11,714 nucleotides of DNA from Chromatiales bacterium (GCA_029879245.1 JAOUQQ010000081.1:1-11714); one strand, 5' to 3'; counted from the first letter of the stretch, positions 1 through 9,376 are shown. Numbers and translations: made by a program. The notes: generated by a model not told the origin, from the sequence alone.

Positions 1-67
1 TTCCTCAACCAAGTTCATGTTTGAATCTGCTCGTTGTAGACCGACTCGGTACAAATAAATTCCCCAT

Positions 68-1126
<1,059 letters not shown>

Positions 1127-1220
1127 TATGGTGGTGACCTGTGTCGGTGTTATTGGTGCTCTATCTTACCGTTTGCTGTGTAAGTATTCCGCCCTTAAAT
1201 AGCATTAATGTGCAACGCTA

Positions 1221-1832
1221 CTACTTTTGCACCGCCTGCTTCAACGCGGCGCGGATGATCGCCTCACTCCCCATCCCGTCGGTATCGAGGATACTGATCA
1301 GGCGGCTCGCCTCAGGCGGTTTGTAGCCGAGGGAGATCAGGGCACTGAGCGCATCCTTCACCGCATCGGCGGATGAGGCGATCTGAGATGTCGCAATCCC
1401 GCTGGCCGGTAATACCGGCGACGGTTGCCAGTCATCAAGACGGTCACGCATCTCGACGATCAGCCGCTCTGCGGTCTTCTTGCCGACACCGGGCAGGCGC
1501 ACCAGGGTGGCGGTATCACTGTCGTGCACGCAGCGGGCAAACTCATCGGCCGAGATCCCGGAGAGGATGGTGAGCGCCAGTTTGGCCCCCACACCATTGA
1601 CCTTAATCAGGGTACGAAACAGGGTACGTTCCGCCTCGGTGGCAAAGGCGAAGAGCAGGTGGGCGTCCTCACGCACCACCAAATGGGTGTGCAGGGTCAC
1701 CTCAGTCCCCACCTCGGGGAGCTGAAAGATGGTGCCCATCGGCGCCTCCAGCTCATAGCCGATCCCCCCCACATCGAGCAGCAGGTGGGGAGGCCTCTTC
1801 TCCGCAAGTATGCCGCGCAGGCGACCTATCAT
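1221..1832 (-). CDS. ruvA: Holliday junction DNA helicase subunit RuvA
   Basis: 203 aa. N-terminal OB domain (MIGRLRGIL...), two HhH motifs ([14 protein letters not shown] / [16 protein letters not shown]), C-terminal RuvB-interaction domain. The start overlaps the ruvC stop in ATGA fashion. Confidence 0.93.
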   Translation of the reverse strand: MIGRLRGILAEKRPPHLLLDVGGIGYELEAPMGTIFQLPEVGTEVTLHTHLVVREDAHLLFAFATEAERTLFRTLIKVNGVGAKLALTILSGISADEFARCVHDSDTATLVRLPGVGKKTAERLIVEMRDRLDDWQPSPVLPASGIATSQIASSADAVKDALSALISLGYKPPEASRLISILDTDGMGSEAIIRAALKQAVQK

Positions 1833-2347
1833 CGATAACGTCCTCTTCTACTGCCGCGCACCCCTTCGAGGTGGCGCAGGGTTTGACTGGTATGATTGTG
1901 GCACAGTGCCACAGCAAGGGCATCAGCGGCATCGGCCTGCGGCATCCCCGGCAGCTTGAGCAGCGCCTGCACCATGTGCTGCACCTGCTCCTTGCTGGCG
2001 TTACCCTTACCCACCGTCGCCTTCTTGATCTCGCTGGGGGTGTATTCGCTGAGCGTCAGCTCGCGTGACATCACCGCGCAGATGGCGGCGCCGCGGGCCT
2101 GCCCCAGCTTGAGGGCGGAGTCGGGATTGCGATGCATGAAGACCTGCTCAATCGCCACCTCATCAGGGGCATAGAGCTCGATGATGTCGCTCACCCCATC
2201 GAAGATGGTCTTGAGGCGCGAGGCAAACTCACCATCCCCGGCACGGATGCAACCGCTCTCTACGTAATGGAGACGCCCATTTGCCCGTTCGATAATCCCG
2301 AAGCCGGTAATACGCGAACCGGGGTCAATGCCGAGGATACGGGTCAT
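1829..2347 (-). CDS. ruvC: Crossover junction endodeoxyribonuclease RuvC
   Basis: 172 aa. N-terminal [17 protein letters not shown] with the catalytic Asp. RNase-H-like fold motifs (E in AIEQVF, D in [13 protein letters not shown]). 4-nt overlap with ruvA. Confidence 0.93.
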   Translation of the reverse strand: MTRILGIDPGSRITGFGIIERANGRLHYVESGCIRAGDGEFASRLKTIFDGVSDIIELYAPDEVAIEQVFMHRNPDSALKLGQARGAAICAVMSRELTLSEYTPSEIKKATVGKGNASKEQVQHMVQALLKLPGMPQADAADALAVALCHNHTSQTLRHLEGVRGSRRGRYR

Positions 2348-2363
2348 AGCTCTGGCCCGGCCC

Positions 2364-3098
2364 TTAACCGAGCTGGGCCATCACCTCTTCACTGAAGTCG
2401 GCGTTGGTATAGACGTTCTGTACATCGTCGAGCTCCTCCAGCATGTCGACCAGACGCATCACCTTCTGTGCATCCTCCAGCTCAAGCTCGACGCTGGTAG
2501 AGGGGCGTTGCGTGATCTCGCCCACCTGCGGGTCAAAACCGGCGGCAACCATCGCCTCCTTCACATGGGTGAACGCCTCCCACGCGGTGGTCACCTCGAT
2601 GGAGCCGTCATCGTTGTTCACCACATCCTCGGCCCCCGCCTCCATGATCGCCTCCTCATCGACGCCGGGTGGATAGTGCATCATGCCGATCCGGGTAAAG
2701 AGGTAGGCAACCGAACCGTCGGTACCCAGATTGCCGCCACACTTGGTGAAGGCGTGGCGTACATCGGAGACAGTACGATTACGGTTATCGGAGAGGCAGT
2801 CGACCATCACCGCCACACCGTTGGGGCCGTAGCCCTCATAGCGGATCTCGTCATAGTTATCATTATTGTCGGCACCGGCGCCACGCTTGATAGCGTTCTC
2901 AACGGTATCCTTCTTCATGTTCTGGCCCAGCGCCTTAGCCACCGCATCGCGCAGACGCGGGTTGCTGTCGATATCCGCCCCGCCCATCCTGGCGGCAACA
3001 ACGATCTCGCGGATCAGTTTGGTAAAGATCTTGCCACGCCTGGCATCCTGGGCCGCCTTACGATGCTTGATATTGGCCCATTTACTGTGACCGGCCAT
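2364..3098 (-). CDS. yebC: YebC/PmpR family DNA-binding transcriptional regulator
   Basis: 244 aa. Hallmark N-terminus [28 protein letters not shown] and conserved central/C-terminal blocks of the YebC (DUF28) family. Conserved position upstream of ruvC. Confidence 0.92.
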   Translation of the reverse strand: MAGHSKWANIKHRKAAQDARRGKIFTKLIREIVVAARMGGADIDSNPRLRDAVAKALGQNMKKDTVENAIKRGAGADNNDNYDEIRYEGYGPNGVAVMVDCLSDNRNRTVSDVRHAFTKCGGNLGTDGSVAYLFTRIGMMHYPPGVDEEAIMEAGAEDVVNNDDGSIEVTTAWEAFTHVKEAMVAAGFDPQVGEITQRPSTSVELELEDAQKVMRLVDMLEELDDVQNVYTNADFSEEVMAQLG

Positions 3099-3130
3099 GA
3101 AGAAAACCCCGCTGCATCACGACAAAAACT

Positions 3131-3150
3131 GTCCGCATTGTAGCACCAAT
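3131..3150 (-). promoter_or_regulatory. Candidate extended -10 promoter (TGcTACAAT on minus strand) for the yebC-ruvCAB operon
   Basis: Reverse complement of 3137-3145 reads TGCTACAAT, a TG-extended -10 hexamer with one mismatch to TATAAT, about 40 nt upstream of the yebC ATG. There is no convincing -35. By-eye call only. Confidence 0.25.
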
Positions 3151-3172
3151 ACACGGGGCATTCGCAGAGAGG

Positions 3173-3529
3173 TTAGTCTCCTCCATCGAGGGAGACGGCC
3201 GTGCGGTCAAAGGGGGAGCCACCCGGTTCATCAAACAGCAGCTCATGGCTGCCGATGCGAATCATGTCGCCTGCAATCAGGCGTTTTTTGCTCACCTTTT
3301 CGCCATTGATGAAGAGGCCATTGGTGCTGTTGAAATCGGCGATCGTCACCTCGAATGCCCCATCCAGATAGTTGTCGGGTTTTACCACAATCACCGCATG
3401 GATACCGCTAATGGTGGGGTCATCGAGTTGAATGTCGTTATCGGAGCGGCGGCCGATGGTCACCCGCTCCTTCAGCAGCTCATACTCCTTAAGTGCCAGG
3501 CCATTCAGCATCAGGGTCAGTTTGGACAT
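3173..3529 (-). CDS. FHA domain-containing protein (single FHA, 118 aa)
   Basis: Canonical FHA signature. GR in VTIGRRSDNDIQL, SGIHAVI (S..H), STNGLFINGEKV, and a C-terminal GDMIRIG block. GAGG-N9-ATG ribosome-binding site. Paralogue of the upstream FHA gene. Confidence 0.85.
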   Translation of the reverse strand: MSKLTLMLNGLALKEYELLKERVTIGRRSDNDIQLDDPTISGIHAVIVVKPDNYLDGAFEVTIADFNSTNGLFINGEKVSKKRLIAGDMIRIGSHELLFDEPGGSPFDRTAVSLDGGD

Positions 3530-3542
3530 ACGCAGATTCCTC

Positions 3543-4163
3543 CTACAGACTCTCTATGAAGCCAAGACGAGCATCAGCAATGGCGATCTCATCACCATTT
3601 TTCAACACCACAGAGCCGGACTTGACCGCCTTGCCATTCACGCTGGTAGTGATCGGTTTGTCGCCTGTGGTGATCGGCAGCAACTCATACCCCTTTGCCG
3701 TCTTCATCACCACCGCCACCTGCATCCCCGGTTTGCCCAGGGCGGTACGCTCCTTCTCCAGTTTCATCACCTCACCGGCGCGCGGACCATTGAGGATCTT
3801 CAGGGCCGAGTTGCCACTCGCCTTCTTTTTGCTATCCGTATCACCGAACATAATCATGGTGGCGGCAAAGTCCTGCACATCCTCATCGACATAACAGAGC
3901 TCATGGCTGCCGATCTTGATCACATCGTTGTGTTTCAGCGGTGACTTGGAGATGGGGTGGTTGTTAAGACGGGTGCCATTGGTACTCCCCAGATCGGTGA
4001 TCGTCGGCTTGGGCTTGAGCAGGATCGCCGCGTGCTCCCCACTGACAATCGGCTCGTTGAGCATGATGTCATTACCTGTATTGCGCCCTATCGTGACGCG
4101 CTCACCCTGCAGCGGAAAGTCGCGTACATTCATACCGTTGTGGCTAATTACCAGCTTTGCCAT
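3543..4163 (-). CDS. Two-domain FHA protein: N-terminal canonical FHA plus C-terminal degenerate FHA-like domain
   Basis: N-terminal FHA: VTIGRNTGNDIML, SGEHAAIL, GSTNGTRLNNHPI, DVIKIGSHEL. C-terminal ~90 aa shows an FHA-like beta-sandwich pattern (LGKPG...VAVV...TSVNGKAV...LKNGDEIAIA) but lacks the conserved Arg/Ser/Asn phosphothreonine-binding residues. The ORF track starts at TTG 4169. The ATG at 4163 has a better GAGG-N9 ribosome-binding site. Confidence 0.85.
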   Translation of the reverse strand: MAKLVISHNGMNVRDFPLQGERVTIGRNTGNDIMLNEPIVSGEHAAILLKPKPTITDLGSTNGTRLNNHPISKSPLKHNDVIKIGSHELCYVDEDVQDFAATMIMFGDTDSKKKASGNSALKILNGPRAGEVMKLEKERTALGKPGMQVAVVMKTAKGYELLPITTGDKPITTSVNGKAVKSGSVVLKNGDEIAIADARLGFIESL

Positions 4164-4176
4164 CGTCAATACCTCA

Positions 4177-4884
4177 CTACCAGATTCGAACCACGATTAC
4201 CGAAATATTATCATCGCCGCCACGCTCATTGGCGGCATCCACCAGCGCACGCACCACCTCGGGCAGGGCATCGCCTGCCAGCAGGGTGGCAATCTCCTCA
4301 TCCATAAGATAGTTGCTCAGACCATCGGAACAGAGCAGGTAACAGTCATCGTCGACCACCGCTTCGTCACCCAGATCCACCGCCACCCCGGAGTCAAGCC
4401 CCAGTGCACGGGTGATCACATTCTTCTGCGGGGAGTTGCGCGCCTGCTCGGCCTCCAGCATCCCCTCATCCACCAGCTCCTGCACCAACGAGTGGTCACG
4501 GGTCAGCTGCGTCAACTCACCATCTCTTAAGCGGTAGAGGCGGGAGTCGCCCACATGGGCGTAGTGTAATCGCCCCTCCTCCAGCGCCAGCGCTACCACC
4601 GTGGTCCCCATGGTGTGGATCTCAGGGTCAGAAGTGGCGTGCGCATAGATCTGCAGGTTGGCCTGCTCTATCGCCCGCTGCAGCATCTGCGATGCACGGC
4701 TCTGACGTAACATCTCACCTATCGTCTCCACCGCAATGGCACTGGCCACCTCGCCGGCGTGGTGGCCACCCATACCATCTGCAACCACCGCCCACCCCTG
4801 CTCGGCATTCCAGGCGATGGCATCTTCATTGTGCTCACGCACCCGCCCCGTATCAGTCAATCCCACCATCTTCCATGCGGACAT
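4177..4884 (-). CDS. PP2C-family Ser/Thr protein phosphatase (Stp/PppA-like)
   Basis: 235 aa. PP2C motifs: DTGRVREHNED, VADGMGGHHAGEVAS, HTMGTT, CSDGL, and C-terminal GGDDNISVIVV. The start lies 3 nt after the kinase stop, so the two are translationally coupled. Confidence 0.9.
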   Translation of the reverse strand: MSAWKMVGLTDTGRVREHNEDAIAWNAEQGWAVVADGMGGHHAGEVASAIAVETIGEMLRQSRASQMLQRAIEQANLQIYAHATSDPEIHTMGTTVVALALEEGRLHYAHVGDSRLYRLRDGELTQLTRDHSLVQELVDEGMLEAEQARNSPQKNVITRALGLDSGVAVDLGDEAVVDDDCYLLCSDGLSNYLMDEEIATLLAGDALPEVVRALVDAANERGGDDNISVIVVRIW

Positions 4885-4887
4885 CGG

Positions 4888-7113
4888 CTATCCCCCCCGG
4901 CACCGTTTAAGGGCTGTCGCTACCTCCCCTGCACTCTGGTAGCGTTTGCCCGGCTCTTTTTGCAGACATTTATTGATGATTCGTGTGAGACAGATCGGGA
5001 TCCCCTTGCGGAAATTACCCGGTTTAGGATGGGCCTGATTGGTGATCTTGAACATCAGGCTACCCAGCGATTCTGCCTCAAACGGCAGGTGACCGGTGGC
5101 AAGTTGAAACAGGGTCACCCCGAGCGAGAAAATATCGGCCCGCCCATCCACCTTCTTCCCCGCCACCTGCTCCGGCGACATATAGGATGGGCTACCAAGA
5201 ACGGTACCGGTCTTGGTCTTACTGGCATCGGTCAGACAGGCAACACCGAAATCGGTCACCTTCACCACCTTCTCGTTACGCTCGTAGACGATATTGGCCG
5301 GTTTGATATCGCGGTGCACCACCTTCTGCTTGTGGGCGTAGTCGAGCGCCTCGGCCACCTCTTCCATAATCGCCATCACCTCCTTGAGCGGCAGCAGACT
5401 CTTTTTGCTGGAGAAGGCGGCCAAGTCCTGTCCCTTCAGGTAATCCATCGCGATGTAGGCAAGCTCCTGCTCCTCACCCACGTCGTAAATCGTCACAATA
5501 TTACGGTGGTTAAGACGCCCGGCGGTCTCTGCCTCTCGATAGAAGCGCTGCTTGACCTCCTTGAGCTCCTGCCCTTCAAACTCGTGAGCGAGGGCCATTG
5601 TTTTGATCGCCACCTCACGATTGATTCGCGGGTCCTGCCCCAGATAGACCATCCCCATGGCACCACGGCCGATCTCTTTCTCGATATGGTAGTGTCCCAG
5701 AGTTGGGCGCTGCACCCCCGTGGTCGCCTCCATCACCACGGTACCACCAGGTGCCGCACTGGACTGGGGCAGCACGATACGCTCACCCATCTCACGGTTG
5801 CGCGCCAGACGCTCACCTACATCCTTGAAGTTTCGTGCCAGACGCTGTAACTCGCCAAACAGTGCCACTGCCTTGTTGTACTGACGTTTGCGCTCAAAAT
5901 CGAGCCCCAGGTTATAGAGCTGCTCACGCAGGGTTTCACTATTAACACAGCGGCGATACTTCTCCCACGCTTGCTCCAGCTCTCCCTGCGACTGCAGCAT
6001 ACGCCCCAGTTGCGTGTTGGAGGTAGAGAGCTCCTCCACCAGTCGAGCCTCACGCAGGGAGCCCCGACGTTGCAACGTTATCAGCAGGTAACCACCCAGC
6101 AGTAGCAGGGTGGGGGCAATCAGCGGTAGCCACTGCGAAAGCAGTAACAGAAAGAGCATCTCGCTATTGAGCAAAAGAAACAGCAGCAGCAGTGAGGAGA
6201 GCAGACCCGAGGTAAGTCCAAGTCGCGGCAGCAACAGCATCAGGAACAACGCCACCGCCAGCCATGCACCGTACTGTAACCACACCGTGAGTGAGTGGAA
6301 TCCCACCTGTCGCCCGTTGAGCAGCGCGTCCAGCGCCACCGCGTGGGCCGTTACTTGCACCGCATCACCGATGATCACCCGTTTACCACGCAGAGATTTG
6401 ATAGAGACCTTATCTGCGATCACCTCGCGAAGGTCGTAACGCTGGATCCCCTCTCCATCCCCCAGATAGGTCATGGGGTGATAGACATAGGCCGGATTGT
6501 CACCACTTAAATTCTGCTGTTTGCGGGGCAGCAACTGGTAGAGGAGCGAGGAGTGCCTGCCCTCCTCCTGCCACACCGCAGCGGGGACACCGAGTGGTCG
6601 TTCTCCCCTGAGCACCACCCCGCTCCCCCTCGCCTGCGCCAACAGTCCGGCGGGGGGCAGTGAGATATCCTCGATCAACCGACGTCGCGGCTGTGCCTGA
6701 GAGCGCAGATAGGTGCTAAGTGACTGCTCACCCTCCTCTCTTACCCCTTCTCTAGCCGTCACATAGGAGGTAAGCCAGACATTATCGGCCCGCTTGATCG
6801 CCGTCGCCAGTGCGGCACTCTCATCATAGAGCGGCAGCATGAGGGCCACCGCTCGGGCTCCCTTTAACTTCTCCACCACCTGTGACAGCTCATCCTGTGA
6901 GACACGCTTGCCGCTATCGATAACAATCACCTGATCGCTACGCTCACTGGCACCGACATACTTCAGCAGGGTCTCGTAGAAACCCTCCTCAAGGTGATCC
7001 AGCAGTGGTGTTTGAAGCAGCCCCAGCACGGTCAGGGAGAGCAGCAACCCCGCCAGCCATGAGCCACCTCTACGCAGTTTTAGTCGTCGATGCGTTGTTC
7101 GCTTCAGTTTCAT
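4888..7113 (-). CDS. Transmembrane sensor Ser/Thr protein kinase: N-terminal TM, CHASE2-like periplasmic domain, 3 TM helices, coiled-coil/TPR-like linker, C-terminal Hanks kinase
   Basis: 741 aa. N-terminal TM helix after a K/R-rich N-terminus. About 270 aa extracytoplasmic region with CHASE2-like blocks (QVIVIDSG...ALMLPLYDE; KRVIIGDAVQVTAHAVALDALLNG). Three Leu-rich TM helices. Kinase motifs: GRGAMGMVY, VAIK, HRDIKPANIV, DFG, SPSYMSPE, and activation-loop threonines TKTGT. Confidence 0.88.
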   Translation of the reverse strand: MKLKRTTHRRLKLRRGGSWLAGLLLSLTVLGLLQTPLLDHLEEGFYETLLKYVGASERSDQVIVIDSGKRVSQDELSQVVEKLKGARAVALMLPLYDESAALATAIKRADNVWLTSYVTAREGVREEGEQSLSTYLRSQAQPRRRLIEDISLPPAGLLAQARGSGVVLRGERPLGVPAAVWQEEGRHSSLLYQLLPRKQQNLSGDNPAYVYHPMTYLGDGEGIQRYDLREVIADKVSIKSLRGKRVIIGDAVQVTAHAVALDALLNGRQVGFHSLTVWLQYGAWLAVALFLMLLLPRLGLTSGLLSSLLLLFLLLNSEMLFLLLLSQWLPLIAPTLLLLGGYLLITLQRRGSLREARLVEELSTSNTQLGRMLQSQGELEQAWEKYRRCVNSETLREQLYNLGLDFERKRQYNKAVALFGELQRLARNFKDVGERLARNREMGERIVLPQSSAAPGGTVVMEATTGVQRPTLGHYHIEKEIGRGAMGMVYLGQDPRINREVAIKTMALAHEFEGQELKEVKQRFYREAETAGRLNHRNIVTIYDVGEEQELAYIAMDYLKGQDLAAFSSKKSLLPLKEVMAIMEEVAEALDYAHKQKVVHRDIKPANIVYERNEKVVKVTDFGVACLTDASKTKTGTVLGSPSYMSPEQVAGKKVDGRADIFSLGVTLFQLATGHLPFEAESLGSLMFKITNQAHPKPGNFRKGIPICLTRIINKCLQKEPGKRYQSAGEVATALKRCRGG

Positions 7114-7225
7114 TGAGTTAACGCGGGTATTTCACCGTTATTGTTATGATGCCGTCTCGCCGGAAGGGCACTTCTGATCCCGTAAGAGTGTGCCAAACCT
7201 TTATCCCGAAAACAGGAACTGGGTC

Positions 7226-7245
7226 TACTATTGCCAATTACAGTA
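7226..7245. promoter_or_regulatory. LexA (SOS) box-like imperfect palindrome TACTATTGCCAATTACAGTA
   Basis: Matches the gammaproteobacterial consensus TACTGT-N8-ACAGTA at 19 of 20 defined positions. The single mismatch is in the left CTGT core (CTAT). Overlaps the HIT gene stop codon and lies about 113 nt upstream of the kinase operon start codon. Confidence 0.25.
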
Positions 7246-7636
7246 GTCGACCTATGCGCTGGCGTAGAAACGTCACCTGATCATCATCATAGGGTCTGCC
7301 CTCTCCCACACCCCAGACAGGACCTGGCCACGTCTCATCCCCCTTGAAGCGGACAATATGGTGCAGATGCAGCTGCGGCACAAGATTGCCCAGGACGCCG
7401 ATGTTGAGTTTGTCGCCACTAAACTCCTCCATCATCCACCGGCCCAGTTGGGAAGATTCACGCAACAGCTGTTGCTGCTCCCCCTCCTCCAGCTGAAAGA
7501 TCTCCGTGATCCCCTCACGGCGAGGTACCAGCACAAACCAGGGGTAGCGCGCATCGTTGAGCAGCAGTAGAAGCGACAGGGAAAGCTCCCCCATCACAAT
7601 GGTATCGCGCTCAAGCTGTGGATGGAGGGTGAACAC
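7238..7636 (-). CDS. HIT-like family protein (Pseudomonas-type short HIT homologue)
   Basis: 132 aa. Conserved blocks LLLLNDARYPWFVLVPRR and GNLVPQLHLHHIVRF (histidine-triad-like) followed by PGPVWG. GTG start immediately abutting the stop codon of the upstream SPFH gene (tagGTG). Confidence 0.72.
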   Translation of the reverse strand: MFTLHPQLERDTIVMGELSLSLLLLLNDARYPWFVLVPRREGITEIFQLEEGEQQQLLRESSQLGRWMMEEFSGDKLNIGVLGNLVPQLHLHHIVRFKGDETWPGPVWGVGEGRPYDDDQVTFLRQRIGRLL

Positions 7637-9301
7637 CTACCTCTTTTTCCCCGTCTCCTGCTGTGCCCACTTGACGATATTGGAGGCCCCCAGCACCGCG
7701 GCGGCCCCCTCCAGGCTGGTTCCCGCCCCCTGTACATTGACGGTGGGTACCTTGACGATCTCCGGATTGGCCTGGGCGGCGGCCAGAATCTCTTTGAGCA
7801 TTGCCAGCTCCTTGGCCGCATCCTTGCCCAGCACGTTGGCACGAGCCGACTCACCTTTGGCGATTTCCATCAGCTTCAGTTTCTCCGCCTCACCGAGGAG
7901 CTTGCCCTCCTCCTTGCGTTTCTCCGCCACCTGCACGTCGATATTGGCGGCCATCAGGCGCCCCTGCTCCTGAGCCTCGGAACGGGCCTTCTCCACCTCG
8001 ATGCGCTTCACCTGCGCCTCCTTCTCCCGGCCGTAGGTCTCCTGCAACTGCAGCGCCAACTGCTCGCGCTGGCGGGCCACCAGAAGTTCGGGCGGGATCA
8101 CCGGGTCGCCGAAGCGGATCTCCTTGAGGGTGACCCCCGCCTTGAACAGCTCGGGGGCAAGGGCCTCCTCCGTCTTCTTCTCCAGCATTGCCCGCTGGTT
8201 AATGAGCTCCAGCACCTTGGTGGTCTTCTCACCAGTGATGTTGCGCACCACCGAGCGAACACCCGGTGTGGCGATCTTATCCTCCACCGCCTGCAACTCG
8301 CCTACCGAGGCGACCACCCGCGGGGCGTCCCTGGGATTGACCTGCACCAGCATGCGCATCTCCAGCGGCACCCTCCACCCCTCGACGGTCGCCATGATCG
8401 CCTTATCGGCGGCATTCTCCGGCATCGGCACCTCCACCGTGGTCGCCTGCTGGTTGATCTTTCCGTCCTCGTTCACCGTCAGGTCGATGCGCCGGGTGGT
8501 GTAGCCGCCACGATAGCTCCAGGTCTGCACCGTAGTCGGCAGGATGGTAGCCTGATAGGCGCGCGGGTTGAGAAAGTAGCGACCGGGCATCAGCGGTTCG
8601 TCCCACACCCCGATACACCCCTTGGAGACGATGGGAGATGCGAGCATGCTGTTGGGGTCGCTGTCCGGGATCTCGGTGGGGCACCCCTCCACCTCACCAA
8701 CGTTACTCTTGATGACCGCCACATGACCCGCCTTCACCTCCAGCGACGGCACTATCTGGTGCTTGAACAGGTACTGATTGAAGCGCCACAGCCCCGGCGG
8801 CAGTACGGTCAGCTGTACCCCCTTCTGCCCCCCCTGAGTGAGGAAGGTGTTGGCATCGAGCATGTTGTTGATCTGATCCTGCCCCCAGCCGCGAGCGATG
8901 TACTGCCCCTCCTTGAGCGGCTCACCGTCGGTGGCGGTGATGATCCCCATACTCCCCTCCGGCACCGCCACCACGTTCAGCTCCTCAATGTCGTAGAGCA
9001 CTCGGATGAAGGGGACAAAGTGAAAGCCGGGACCCAGAATATCGGCCTGCGGCCCCTTCTGGCTGCCGACCGCAATAATGTGACCGGGGGGTAGCGAATC
9101 TGCCAGATAGATCCGCTTCATGTGGCCCACCTTGTCCTGATCAACAATGTAGAACGAGGTACTGGCAAACTGGAACAGTGCCATCACCATCAGTCCCAGT
9201 GAGACCAGTCTGGCCAGGGTCGGTGAAAGGGTTGCCGGGCGGCGCACCTGCAGAAAGAAGGCGGCGGCGATAAAGGCGACAAACAGCGTTAGCTGGATCA
9301 T
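7637..9301 (-). CDS. SPFH/band-7 (flotillin-like) membrane protein with long C-terminal coiled coil
   Basis: 554 aa. Two N-terminal hydrophobic segments. SPFH-like core (FYIVDQDKVGH...GPGFHFVPFIRV). C-terminal EA/KE-rich coiled coil (ARQREQLALQLQETYGREKEAQVKRIEVEKARSEAQEQ...). Strong GGAGGG ribosome-binding site. The core carries large insertions relative to canonical stomatin/HflKC. Confidence 0.7.
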   Translation of the reverse strand: MIQLTLFVAFIAAAFFLQVRRPATLSPTLARLVSLGLMVMALFQFASTSFYIVDQDKVGHMKRIYLADSLPPGHIIAVGSQKGPQADILGPGFHFVPFIRVLYDIEELNVVAVPEGSMGIITATDGEPLKEGQYIARGWGQDQINNMLDANTFLTQGGQKGVQLTVLPPGLWRFNQYLFKHQIVPSLEVKAGHVAVIKSNVGEVEGCPTEIPDSDPNSMLASPIVSKGCIGVWDEPLMPGRYFLNPRAYQATILPTTVQTWSYRGGYTTRRIDLTVNEDGKINQQATTVEVPMPENAADKAIMATVEGWRVPLEMRMLVQVNPRDAPRVVASVGELQAVEDKIATPGVRSVVRNITGEKTTKVLELINQRAMLEKKTEEALAPELFKAGVTLKEIRFGDPVIPPELLVARQREQLALQLQETYGREKEAQVKRIEVEKARSEAQEQGRLMAANIDVQVAEKRKEEGKLLGEAEKLKLMEIAKGESARANVLGKDAAKELAMLKEILAAAQANPEIVKVPTVNVQGAGTSLEGAAAVLGASNIVKWAQQETGKKR

Positions 9302-9376
9302 GATCTACTCCCTCCAGTTGGATATTTTTTATCTGCCCAAGGGTAGCCAGCCCCTACTCTCACGTCAAAGATCTTC

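Noticed and set aside
33-52. Short imperfect hairpin (GTAGACCGA/CTCGGTAC) downstream of the ruvB stop
   Set aside because: The stem is bulged and weak and no T-run follows on the transcribed (minus) strand. It cannot be called an intrinsic terminator.
2328-3143. 271-aa plus-strand ORF antisense to yebC
   Set aside because: Shadow ORF of yebC. No recognisable motifs. yebC is clearly assigned.
3129-3144. CTGT-N8-TAGC (half LexA box) upstream of yebC
   Set aside because: Only one half-site matches CTGT/ACAG. It is not a credible LexA site. The extended -10 promoter reading of the same region is more plausible.
3916-4530. 204-aa plus-strand ORF spanning the FHA/PP2C junction antisense
   Set aside because: It overlaps two well-supported minus-strand genes and has shadow-ORF composition.
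4759-5850. 363-aa plus-strand ORF antisense to the kinase gene
   Set aside because: Same shadow-ORF composition (R/L/H/G rich) and no domain signatures. The opposite strand has unambiguous kinase motifs.
7175-7200. sigma-54-like TGGCAC element (minus strand) upstream of the kinase gene
   Set aside because: The GG-N10-GC spacing is not satisfied: CG is found where GC is required, and the -12 TTGC element is absent.
7622-9094. 490-aa ORF on the plus strand antisense to the SPFH gene
   Set aside because: Leu/Arg/His/Gly-rich low-complexity translation typical of a shadow ORF opposite a high-GC3 gene. No motifs. Fully contained within the strongly supported SPFH CDS.
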